A DNA stretch of 27,138 bases from a virus (Duplodnaviria > Caudoviricetes), in the IMG/VR virus record IMGVR_UViG_3300017785_001210, positions 1-27,138 of that record; one strand, given 5' to 3'. The position numbers and the translations under genes were made by a program. Position 1 is the stretch's first letter; each line of letters starts with the position of its first letter. Positions 7,909 to 18,600 of the stretch are shown piece by piece. The notes under the pieces were generated by a model. The model did not search any database, was not told the DNA's origin, and saw nothing but the letters and a program-made list of their open reading frames with translations.

Positions 7909-7944
7909 TTGAATCGTTGACATCAACAACAAAAGGAAAACACA

Positions 7945-8334
7945 ATGGACGCAGACAAACTCGTGGCAGTGTATATCAAGATACGCGATGCCAAAGAAAT
8001 CAAAACAAAGCAGATGGAAGAAGAAATAAAAGTGTTGGAAGACCAACTCGATGCAGTAGCCCAAGAGCTACTCAACATCTGCAAGACTACAGGCCAAGAT
8101 GGCGGCAAGACCGCACACGGCTCATTCACACGGTCTGTAAAGACCCGATACTGGACTTCCGATTGGGACAGTATGTACAAGTTCATCCGTGAGCATGATG
8201 CACCCGAACTTCTTGAACGTCGAATTGCGCAGGGTAATTTCTCGCAGTTCCTCAAAGAGAAGCCGGACGTCATGCCCGCTGGTGTCAATGTCGAGTCGAA
8301 ATACTCGATTCTCGTTCGTCGTTCTTCTAAATAA
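7945..8334 (+). CDS. Conserved phage replication-module protein (coiled-coil N-terminus)
   Basis: AAGGA RBS; KT.HG....S.KT.Y...DWD....FI......LLE.RI pattern recalled from replication modules. Confidence 0.8.
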   Translation: MDADKLVAVYIKIRDAKEIKTKQMEEEIKVLEDQLDAVAQELLNICKTTGQDGGKTAHGSFTRSVKTRYWTSDWDSMYKFIREHDAPELLERRIAQGNFSQFLKEKPDVMPAGVNVESKYSILVRRSSK

Positions 8335-8348
8335 CTTCAAAGGTATAT

Positions 8349-9260
8349 ATGAGCAATTTAACTCTTTTCACTTCGGGCGACGCCCTCCCTGACTTTCTGC
8401 GCGAAGCGACAGACCCGTCCCTCAAGGACATTGCCGGTAACTCAGGCGGCAAGCAAATCTCCATCAAAGGTGGCGTGTGGCGCATGATGGTCGGTGGTGA
8501 GGAAGTCGCTAAAAACGAAGACCGCTCCATGAACTTCGTCATCATCTCTGCAAGCAAAGGCGTATCCCGTACGTTCTACGCTGGTAAGTATGAAGAAGGC
8601 GCAGTCGTCAAGCCCTCGTGCTGGTCGGCTGAAGGTTTGGTTCCTAACACCGAAGTGGCAAACCCACAAAGCTCTAGCTGCGCTACATGCAAGCAGAACA
8701 TCGAAGGCTCCGGTGACGGCAAGTCTCGTGCATGCCGCTATAGCAAACGCTTGGCTGTGGTTCTCGACAACGATATCGGTGGCAACATCTACCGTTTACA
8801 GATTCCAGCTAAGTCTTACTTTGGTAACGCAGTGGGCGACAAGATGCCGCTACAAGCCTACGGTAAGTTCTTATTGGGTCATGGTATTAAGACCCTCTCC
8901 GGCCTCGTAACCGAAGCGCGTTTTGATACAAGCGAAGCCGTCCCCGTGTTGAAGTTCCGTGCAGTGCGCCCATTGACTCAAGGTGAGTGGGAAGTAGCCA
9001 AGGCACAGAGCGAGACTGAGGATGCCAAGCAAGCAGTTGACTTTAAGATGACTGGCGGTAAGGATTCATCGGCTACGTTGGCATTGCCATCTGCCTTTGT
9101 GGAAACCCCTGCGTTTGCGGAATCAACCAAGGCAGCCCCTGCTGCGGATGTAGCACCTGTGGCAGAGCCAGTTAAACGGCCTAAAGCTGCAGCACCTGCG
9201 GAACCTGTCGCGACTAAAAACGTGGCCGATATCCTCAGTGATTGGTCGGTAGACGAGTAA
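8349..9260 (+). CDS. Putative ssDNA-binding/annealing protein with Cys cluster and acidic tail
   Basis: PSCWS, CATCKQN, SRACR cysteines; Pro/Ala linker; acidic-aromatic end DILSDWSVDE; position in the replication module. Function inferred. Confidence 0.65.
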   Translation: MSNLTLFTSGDALPDFLREATDPSLKDIAGNSGGKQISIKGGVWRMMVGGEEVAKNEDRSMNFVIISASKGVSRTFYAGKYEEGAVVKPSCWSAEGLVPNTEVANPQSSSCATCKQNIEGSGDGKSRACRYSKRLAVVLDNDIGGNIYRLQIPAKSYFGNAVGDKMPLQAYGKFLLGHGIKTLSGLVTEARFDTSEAVPVLKFRAVRPLTQGEWEVAKAQSETEDAKQAVDFKMTGGKDSSATLALPSAFVETPAFAESTKAAPAADVAPVAEPVKRPKAAAPAEPVATKNVADILSDWSVDE

Positions 9261-9508
9261 TGGTTCAAGCTGCTCGGGGTCATAGCACCCAGTTCATTCG
9301 CAGGGTAAACCGCAGTGACGTACCTCATGTGGTACGCATGCTTGCCATGGCGTGTATCTCTAGCGAGGCTTCCATAGCGGAAGTTGCGGGGATGTTCGAC
9401 GTGTCACGCGCTACGGTTTACAACTGGCTGAATGGAGTGTCGGTGCCTCGTGCCGCGCAGCTTGACATCATGCCCAAGATTACCTCACGCCTTAACAAGC
9501 GAAAGTAA
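9260..9508 (+). CDS. Cro/XRE-like HTH transcriptional regulator
   Basis: SIAEVAGMFDVSRATVYNWLNG HTH; TAATG overlap supports a start at 9260. Confidence 0.85.
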   Translation: MVQAARGHSTQFIRRVNRSDVPHVVRMLAMACISSEASIAEVAGMFDVSRATVYNWLNGVSVPRAAQLDIMPKITSRLNKRK

Positions 9509-9520
9509 TCCCGCCCGGTG

Positions 9521-9553
9521 GGACGGTAGGGAGACCTACCGTCCTTTTCTTTT
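9521..9553 (+). terminator. Intrinsic terminator
   Basis: GGACGGTAGG-GAGA-CCTACCGTCC perfect 10-bp stem with GNRA loop, then TTTTCTTTT. Confidence 0.9.
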
Positions 9554-9572
9554 AGCTACACCGTGAAGCTAT

Positions 9573-12407
9573 ATGACTGATTTTTTATCATCCGTACTGC
9601 CGACAACAGGCACGTACTGCACGGTGGGTATTCGGGGCGGCGTCGTTCGGCAGAATTTTCATTCCACCCTTGATGACCTTGAGGCTGCCAGTTCAGCCTA
9701 TCCAACCAAAGGGGTTGATGCTTATTATGCTCTTGCGTCCTTCCATGATGCCTCAAGCCGTAAGGCGGAAAACGCAGCGTTTCTGCGTTCATTTTTCTTA
9801 GATTTAGACTGCGGCACTGGTAAGCCCTACTCAGACCAAGCCGCCGCTGCGCAAGCCCTTAAAGCCTTCGTACAGGTCACCAAGCTGCCCGTCCCATACA
9901 TCGTTAACTCCGGTGGTGGACTGCATGTGTACTGGCCAATGACTGAGGATATCCCCGCTGATGTGTGGGCGATACATGCCAAATCTTTGAAGCGTTTGTG
10001 CGTACTGCACAACCTTCACGCTGACCCTGCGGTGACTGCGGATACTGTACGCATCTTGCGGGTACCCGGCACTACCAATTTTAAGAACGGCGTGTCTCGT
10101 CCGGTGTCAATAATGGTAGCTGGAGTACCTACTTCGCTAGAAGGGTTTATCGCCTTACTACCGGAAGCGCCCGTGGACTTGTCCGCTGCTAAGATGTTTG
10201 GGGCAGATGCAGCGATGTTGGAGCTTACTGGGGATTACCCTAAGTGTGAGTTCCGGCGTATCGTTATCCGCAGTATGAACGGCAACGGCTGCGCACAGAT
10301 TAAGCATGCGCTTGAGAACGCCGCTACCCTAGAAGAGCCGCTGTGGCGTGGGGCTTTGTCGATTGCAACTCGTTGCGAAGATGGCGCTAAGGCCATCCAT
10401 AAGTTGTCGGAGAAACACCCCGGCTACGATGCGGTGGCTACTGAGGCTAAGGCTGCGGACACCAAAGGCCCGTATACCTGCGAGTGGTACCGTGACAATA
10501 ACGGCGAGGTCTGCAAGGGCTGCACTCAGAAGGTATCTTCCCCGCTCATCCTAGGGCGCATCGTCCTAGAGGCAGAGGTCGTCAACGACCAGTACATCAT
10601 TGAGAAGCCCGAGGATGACGAATCCCCCGCCGTCTTACTTAGCGTCCCTGCCTACCCTTACCCCTACTTCCGTGGCATTCATGGCGGCGTGTTCAGGAAA
10701 GAGGAGAAGGCCGATGGTGAGGTGGTAGAGGTTGAAATCTACAAAGACGACCTGTATCTGACAGAACGATTCTTCGACGGTGACGAGCAAAACGGCGGGG
10801 ATGGAGAAATGGTAGGTATCAACCTACACATGAAGCGAGACGGTGTGCGGAGGTTCTATGCCCCTGTCACAACTATTTTTACTAAGGATAAGCTACGGGA
10901 CGTACTCGTGAAGAACGGGGTCGTTGCCTACGGCAAACATGTGGATGTACTCATGGCATATTTTGCATCAACTCTTCGCAAGCTGCAGACGCAGTTCACT
11001 GCGAATAAGACCCGGAGCCAAATGGGGTGGACTTCGGATAACACTGGCTTTGTAGTTGGTGAATTGGAATACACGACAGCCGGTCCGAAGATTGCGCCCC
11101 CCGCCAGCGGCACACGACAGCTAGCGTCCCACTTTAAACCCACGGGCACCCTGTCCGCATGGAAGGAGATTGCAAACTTCTACGATCGTCCCGGCCTTGA
11201 ACCCCACGCGTTGACCCTGTTCACAGGCTTTGGCTCCCCACTGCTGAAGTTTATCGGTGGTAGTACGGTCAAGGGCGCGTTGATTCATCTGAAGCACAAC
11301 GGTTCAGGCTCCGGTAAGTCCACGGCACAGATGATGGCTAACTCTATTTTCGGGCACCCTGATGACTTGCTGATGAAACAGGACGATACCTTTGCTTCCA
11401 AGATGCACATGCTCGGGATGATGAACAGCATCGTATTCACGATTGATGAGATTACCAATGAGAAAGCGGAGAACCTGTCCCATCTGTCGTACAGCGTCAC
11501 GAACGGTAGGGGCAAGCACCGCATGGAATCCCAGACCAATCAACTGCGAGCCAACCTTACCTCATGGTGCAACTTTACGATTACCTCGGGCAATGCGTCA
11601 ATCGTTGACAAACTACTTTCCATTAAGAGTACGGCCGATGGCGAGCTACGCAGGACGCTGGAGATTTCCGTGCCCCAGTACAAGGGCGCAACCAAGGATG
11701 AGATTGATCGAGTCTTCGGTAACCTCACAGACAACTACGGTGTGGCCGGCCCAATATATATTGAGTACATCCTGAAGAACCTCGACGAGGTAATTGCCCT
11801 GTTGAAGCAGTTCCAAGCCAAGATTGACAAGGACTTAAACCTCGATGCGTCAGACAGGTTCTACTCATGCTACGGTGCATGTGTGATGGCAGGTGGATAC
11901 ATAGCGCAGAAGTTGGGCTTGCACGATATCAACCTACGCAACATCTATGCGTACCTGCTGGAGGTAGTCGAAGCTAACCGCTCAGCCACTAAAAGCACTG
12001 TGGGCGATGCAGACCTTGTGGTGCAAGAAACGCTGGCTGGATACATCAACGACAACATCCGCAACGCACTGGTGGCTAACAGCGTCAGCAAGAGCGGGGC
12101 TCCCGAGGCTCCGATCAGAGAGCCAAGCGGTACGCTGAAGCTACGGTACTACCCTGACCTGCAAGAGCTTGCGATCCCTGCGGGAGAGTTCCGTGGTTAC
12201 TTTGCTGGTAAGCAGGTGGACGTTAAGGATGCGCTGCAACGACTGCAGAAGGCCAACTTCCTCAAGCATGACGGCAAGTCTCACCCTACCCGTATCGGTG
12301 CAGGGGCGCTAGGTGGCATGAGCGGCGTCTTGGTTCGGTGCTACATCTTGGACGCTAAGGCGCTTGGGATTGACCTGACCCCGCTGACAAGTGAAGACGC
12401 TCCTTGA
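9573..12407 (+). CDS. Primase-helicase fusion (AEP/RepB-like primase, Cys-containing middle domain, DUF927-type P-loop helicase)
   Basis: FFLDLD, VNSGGGLHVYW, RILRVPGTTN primase motifs; EPLWRGALS and PYTC...C..C; GSGSGKST, IDEIT, TSGN ATPase motifs. Confidence 0.9.
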   Translation: MTDFLSSVLPTTGTYCTVGIRGGVVRQNFHSTLDDLEAASSAYPTKGVDAYYALASFHDASSRKAENAAFLRSFFLDLDCGTGKPYSDQAAAAQALKAFVQVTKLPVPYIVNSGGGLHVYWPMTEDIPADVWAIHAKSLKRLCVLHNLHADPAVTADTVRILRVPGTTNFKNGVSRPVSIMVAGVPTSLEGFIALLPEAPVDLSAAKMFGADAAMLELTGDYPKCEFRRIVIRSMNGNGCAQIKHALENAATLEEPLWRGALSIATRCEDGAKAIHKLSEKHPGYDAVATEAKAADTKGPYTCEWYRDNNGEVCKGCTQKVSSPLILGRIVLEAEVVNDQYIIEKPEDDESPAVLLSVPAYPYPYFRGIHGGVFRKEEKADGEVVEVEIYKDDLYLTERFFDGDEQNGGDGEMVGINLHMKRDGVRRFYAPVTTIFTKDKLRDVLVKNGVVAYGKHVDVLMAYFASTLRKLQTQFTANKTRSQMGWTSDNTGFVVGELEYTTAGPKIAPPASGTRQLASHFKPTGTLSAWKEIANFYDRPGLEPHALTLFTGFGSPLLKFIGGSTVKGALIHLKHNGSGSGKSTAQMMANSIFGHPDDLLMKQDDTFASKMHMLGMMNSIVFTIDEITNEKAENLSHLSYSVTNGRGKHRMESQTNQLRANLTSWCNFTITSGNASIVDKLLSIKSTADGELRRTLEISVPQYKGATKDEIDRVFGNLTDNYGVAGPIYIEYILKNLDEVIALLKQFQAKIDKDLNLDASDRFYSCYGACVMAGGYIAQKLGLHDINLRNIYAYLLEVVEANRSATKSTVGDADLVVQETLAGYINDNIRNALVANSVSKSGAPEAPIREPSGTLKLRYYPDLQELAIPAGEFRGYFAGKQVDVKDALQRLQKANFLKHDGKSHPTRIGAGALGGMSGVLVRCYILDAKALGIDLTPLTSEDAP

Positions 12408-12621
12408 TATACCGCAGGTATTCACCCTTGTAGGGGTCGAGTACTTCCTTGACTGGGGGCAGGTTGCCCCCGGTAACTCTTTCTTTATACCAACCGTAGC
12501 CACGATCAGGCAGGTCAAATCAGTCCTTAACGAGACTTGCAAAGACCTGCCCTATACCTTCATAATCCGTACCCGCTGCGAGTACGGACGCTACGGCGTC
12601 CGCGTGTGGCGATTACTGTAG
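12391..12621 (+). CDS. Small phage protein (SFFIP...GRYGVRVWR), possibly DNA-binding
   Basis: Overlaps the primase end; last gene of the + arm; motif recalled from phage proteins. Confidence 0.7.
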   Translation: MKTLLDIPQVFTLVGVEYFLDWGQVAPGNSFFIPTVATIRQVKSVLNETCKDLPYTFIIRTRCEYGRYGVRVWRLL

Positions 12622-15600
12622 CGCGTCTGTCCTAAACTTCTTAATCGCTGGGGCTAAGTTGTTCATCATGCGCTGCTCTGACAACTTTAAAGGCCGCAAC
12701 TGAGCTTCCTTCTGGTCTTTGGTAAGGTCAGTACGAGCGCTAATTACCGCCATACCTTTACGAAGAGCCCCAAGCTGCTGTTCCATCTTGTTTACAAAAG
12801 GCCCGTATTTAATTAGGTCTATGTTCTCTTTGAGGTACTCACCGTACTCCTTGCCCCGGCCAGTGTTTTTTAGCTTGTTGGCAGTATCTACCGCCATATT
12901 TACCTTGGATGCTAAGTCGTAGAAATCCGTCTTGACTTGACTGTCAAACTCTTTGACCCCCACACGCCCCATGCCGGGTAAAGATGCAATGGTGTCCTGC
13001 ATGCTTTGGGTTGGGGTATTGTTAACCATTGAATTGGTCATCAGTATGGCCGCAGCCCCGTACATACCCATAGTGCCTTGTATGAACGCGTCGATCTTGG
13101 CGGGAGATATACCCTTACCGTCCATCCCCATTGCGTCCACTAAATCCTTAGCTCCCTGACCAATACCTTTAGCCAACGAGCTTGTACCTGCAGAGTACTG
13201 CATATAGGGCTCGAGCTTCTCCAACCCTGTGCCTACGATAGGCCGGCCTGTAAAGAAGTTGTAGTTTGTAGCCAACTCTACAGCTAGCTTAATCGGCTGC
13301 GCTACGGGAACTGGACCGCTAAACACCGCGTTTACTACGGCGTCAGACAAGCCAGCCCGAAGTTTGGCAGGGTCGTCCGCATACTTGCCCGAGAACTGCC
13401 GGACAATCGCCTCTGCTATATATTTAGGCAACAAGAACACATCGGGGCGCAGTGGAATTCCCCACCCTTGCATCCCGGGAAGCGTCAGCTTGCTAGCTTG
13501 TTCCTGCCTACTCATCTTCTCGTACTCGTCGTCGCCTACATTCATCATGGCGTTGATTACGGACATACCGAAAATCCAAGCCATGTTAGTTATCAGCGTG
13601 TTACGAGCTTCTGCACGGGCGGTAGGCGCAATGCCTTCGCTCTTTAGTACCTTTAACGCTACGCGTGACGCGGCATAGAACGCATTTAAGAACACTACGT
13701 TACGTGCCGCCGCAGCCAACTGGTTGTTTCCAACGCGGGTACGGAAGTTAATAATCTCAAACGCCCGCTCTACAGCATCTGCCTCAGATAGGCCGGAATC
13801 TTTAGCCGCCAAGTAGACTGCCTGTCGCACCGCATTGTCTGCAGTCAAGTTTAATTGCTGCATGATCGCAGGGTACTTTTCGAGTGCGCCCAGTTTGCGG
13901 AGCCCTGCTTGCACGTCAGCGTTTGATTTTGACAGCGAGGCGTCGTAGTCATGCACACCCACCACACCGAATGTGCGTAGTTCTTTATGTGCTGCGCTTG
14001 TACCCCGCATAGTTTTAACCACCTCTGCTACGGCTGTGAGTGGAATCTGAAACGCATACCGAGGCTTCAATCCGGACAAGTACGTCGCGGCCATTGAATC
14101 CATAGCCAACTGAAGCACGGGGAACAGCGGGAAGTTAACAATGGCTCCACGAAATACCCTGTTTACGCTGTCTACAAATCCGCCAATAAACGGCAACGCT
14201 GACGTAGCCATTACAGGTGCGCCCTTAAATACTTGGGCTTTGGCTGCGCTGTCAAACTCTACGTACTTGGGAGACCCCTTCTCAAGGTATGACACGGTTC
14301 GGTCGGCTGCGCGAGGGTCAGGGGTAACTACGGCTTTGGCTTGGTCAGGAATGTACTTGACTGCGGCCTGTGCTAGTTCTGTAGCCTTCTGGTTCTTGAT
14401 ACCTCGGGCCACGCTATACGCAGCCCAGTTCTCAAAGTTGTCCATCACGTCATGCACTTCCAGCATGGAACCTTTGAACTGGTGTTCTTTGGCTTTGGCC
14501 TGTAGCCCACGGATATACGCGTTGAATCCGTCTTTATCCGTATCGGCATCTGCAGAATCCCGTTGGAATGGAATCCACTCGGCGTTGTCCAACATCCACT
14601 GCCCAGTCTCCTCAGACCAAATATTTGTCTCCTGCAGAAAGGTACGCAACCACTTGCGCATGCCCTGCTTGATGTCCTCAATCTTCTTAATCTCTGGCAA
14701 GGTATTGAACAGCTTCATGCCTTCTTTAACTTGCTCAGGGCTCATGTGAAATACGTAGGACTCCGCCTTATTGCGCAATTCAGCCGCAATCTTCTTCTTA
14801 CCTTCTAGCTCTTTGGCATCGGCTTCAGCCATCATGCGATCCCGCATGCCATACAGTGCCAGCATACGTTTGGATTCCAGCGCGGTGCTCGTGAGATACC
14901 GTGCCTCGCCTAGGGTAAGCCCGTGGTTATCCATCATGCTACGGTATTCATTCCCCAACGATTTCAAGTTGTCTTTGGACTCAGAGGTCTTAAACTTGGA
15001 TGAGTTAGGGTCGTACTTAATCCCACCGTCCAACAGGGCGGTAGTAGCTAGCCCACTGTCGTGGAACGCTTGCGATGTACTCAGTGCCGCCAATAGCCGA
15101 TTAGCCTCAATGTCGGGCATGGACGCACGAACTTCCGCACGGATAGCCCGCTGCAGCGGGGCTGCAACATCTAAGGCATCCTCCGCTATATTTAGCACAC
15201 GGGTGATCGCGCCTTCTTTAGGCGTATTGGCAGTAACCGACCCCATAACCGTATCGGTTATGCGCTGCAACATTGGACGGGTATCTTCTTTGGGTGCGGT
15301 ACGCCCCATACGTTGCAGAATGTCCTTGGCGTCATCCCCACGGGAGAACCGGATATCAGGGTTTGTTGGGTCGTAGGTGCCCCGATTACCCGTAGCGGAT
15401 TTAACTTGCGTTGGTTTGTACACAACCACTTCCACCAGATCACCATCGCGGAACTGCATAAGCCCGTCATAGCCCTGAGCCAGCGCCCGGGTCATTACCT
15501 GCTTACCAATGTAGCCTTTTTCTTCGTAAGCCTTCTCAACCATTGCGGATGCTTTATCTGGGGTCATCCCAAGTTGCACCAAGGCATCGATCATTGGATC

Positions 15601-18600
15601 GCCTTTAGCACGAAGCATCAAGGGATTCTTTATGGAAGCATATACCTGCATTACGTTCTGGCCGCTTGCCTCATCCATCTCGGCGTCGCTACGGGATAGG
15701 TTGGAAGTATCCGCGTATGTACCAGCAAAATCAGGCTTGGGCGTTAGGTATATTCCTGCGCCAAGTGCGCCATCGGGGGAAAGCTTGAAAGTGTCAAAAC
15801 TTCTGCCGGTGCCGTGGTAAAGAGGTAATGGATTACCGTCCGCATCCACAACCTTGCTATCGCCAAACCACCGCTTGAACGCTTCCGTAGTAGGTGCTGT
15901 AATCTTTCCGCGTAAGTTAAACCGGGTGCCCCCGTCAGCAGCTACTGCACTGCCTCCCGACTCCACAAACGCCCGTGCTGGCAGGATGAACTTAGCGATG
16001 ATGTCGTTGTTCGTCATCTGCAGACTAGGCATGATCTTGCGAATGAACGCACGGATGGCCGCTACTGCCCGTTGAACAATACCCAGTGTCGGTTTGGTTT
16101 GCGCCAAATTAGCCAGCACTTCTTCTGCGGCTTCCGATGCTTGCTTGGGGTCGGACAAGTCCAACCCGTACTTAGCCGCCACGGCTTCCATCTCAGCTTT
16201 ATAGGTAGTCTCAATGGCTTTTAGTTCGGTATCAAGCGCAGTGCCAAATACTCCACGTAATCCAAAGTGCCCAAGGGCTTCGTGCGCAAACGTAGTTACT
16301 ACATCCGCTTCGCTGCTTACTTGGCTGGATACGATATACACCTTGCCATCATGGTAGAAACCTGCGGGAGAGCCCTTGGCTCCTCCGGCTAACTGCTCGT
16401 TGTTGTGGTCACGTACTGCTTGCGGCACTGCAGCATCGTTCATATCCCGCACAACTATCACTTCTGGCGCGTTCTTTAGTTTGGCTACGATTCCGGCAAC
16501 AATAGCCTTGACCTTCTCATGCGACATGGGCTTCGCGGGGGTTTCAGTACGCTGGAACCGGGGTTTGTTAGCTTGTTCAACTAGGAACTCAACCGCCATC
16601 TCCGCGCTAGCGGCAGGAGCTTCTTTGCTTGCAATAGCCTCTAAGTGCCGGCGGGCATCGTTCTTGACTTTCTCAGTAAATTGCGGACTCTTTACGACCT
16701 CGTTTAGCGCCCCGACAATCTGAGCGGTAGGGGGTTGGGTACGCTGCTGGTCCCGTTGCCCACGATCCGGCACAACCGTACGCTGCTCAGGGGCAGGTTT
16801 ACCCAACGCACTGGCTTGGGCTTGTTCAGCGAGTCGTGCTGCAATGTCGGCGGCTTCTTGGCGACGGGCAATCTCAGCGGTATCTACTTCAACCCGGCGC
16901 TTCAGTGTAGGGGGCTTAATTCCCGGCTGTTGAGTTCTTGTAACAACAGGTTGCTCAGGAGAAACCAATCGCTGTCCGACAGGTCCTGCAGGTTGTCCGG
17001 TGGGGGCTCCGGCTCCGGGCGCTGCTGTGTCGTCGGCGGTAGGTGGAACAGATACATCCACGCTTGGCTCACGTCCTCCGGCTCGAGGGGGCGACTGAAT
17101 TGTAGGCTGCGTACTGGGCGCATTTTGAGGCTCCTTGGGCGTTACATTGGCAACGATCTCTTTGACTACCTTCTGTATTCCTTTGTTCTCTGGCACTACC
17201 AATTGCTTGGCAGCGATCTCCATTTGAACTTGGTCAGGGGTTTTCCCTAGGAGGTTATCAGCCAACCATTGCCGGTTGGTCTTGGACATAGACGCCCCAA
17301 AGGCAGTTACTTCCGCCTCAGTTATAGGGGTGGGCATAGTCATATCTAGCCGCTGTTGACCCGCAGCTTCTAATTCTGCTTGGGTAGGCGCAATACCTGC
17401 GTCGCGTAATACGTCTGTTGTAGGGGGCAATTCCGCAGCAATTACGTCGCGCAAACCTTCTGTAGCATCGTTAGTAGGAGGTGCGGGAAGTAAGGGATTA
17501 CCACTAGCATCTACTTCAGGGGGCAACTTGCCGTCAGGCTCAGCTACACGCAATCCAATTTGTTCTTGATTGGTAGTATCTTTTTTGAACTGATCTTCTG
17601 CGGCTATATCTTTTTTAAGCGTAGCCTCACTTACCCGATTTTGAACATCCGCTGCATTGAGATCATCCATTTTTGCGGAAATTTCCGCAATAGCCGCCTT
17701 GACTATAGGGGTCTGAGGTTCTTGCCGTAGGCGTTCGCGGGCTTGCCACATGTCGCCGTAGGTAGCCTCTCCCAAAGGTGTAGTCGTAGTCTCCGTAGTA
17801 GGTTGGGTATCCACAGTTGGGGATTCACCTGAAACAGGTTTAGGCTGCGCACCCCTGCCTTGCACTGCGCTGATCGAACCCGCAGCTAAAGCACCCAGAG
17901 CCGCATCTCCTGCAGCCCGTCCGGCAACCCCTTGGAATGTATCTACATCGAACCCAGCGCGTTGTAATGCCCGGTTCTGTGCAATTTTTTCTTGGCCTCC
18001 TTGGGCACCTTCCATTGGGGCTTCGCCCAGCGCGGCGCGACCTATAGATTTCTTGGCCCCGCCTTGGACCAACTGGTTTTCCACTCCGAAACGAGCGCCT
18101 GCGGCACCTAAAATTGTGCCTCCAGCGATATCCAAAGCATTTTCTTTGTTGTATTCTTGAGCTATAGCGGCTTGCTCTCTAGCCTTGGCCTCCGGCATTG
18201 TGCCTTTTAGGCGTTCGTACACCGCGTCGTATATGGAGCCTTTGACGGAGCCCGCGCCTTGCGCAGCACCTACGATTGTGTTAATTACCCGCACCGTAGC
18301 GGGTAGAAGTTTGGCTGCTCCGCCGACAAGACCAGTAACTAAGTAGGGTACAACAGACCCAAGGGCTTGGGCAGTAGACTCGATTGGGGCTTCTACAACA
18401 GCACCCAACTCAGCGCCGACTTCATTTAAGAACCCAGTACCCTCCGCAGCTTTAATCTTGGCCTGACGTGCGGCCTGTTCGGCTTGGCGTTCAGGAGTTT
18501 TCATTTCCCCCAACGCAGACTGCCCACGTCCTAGGGCTGCTGATACGGCATTGTCTGCACCAAATACATCAGCCAACGACTTGCCGGCTCCAATGACACC

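Noticed and set aside
2452-12407. Inteins in polymerase, helicase or primase
   Set aside because: Protein lengths are ordinary and no intein boundary or LAGLIDADG motifs were seen
123-12542. Minus-strand ORFs across the early/replication arm
   Set aside because: All overlap well-supported, tightly coupled + strand genes and lack recognisable motifs
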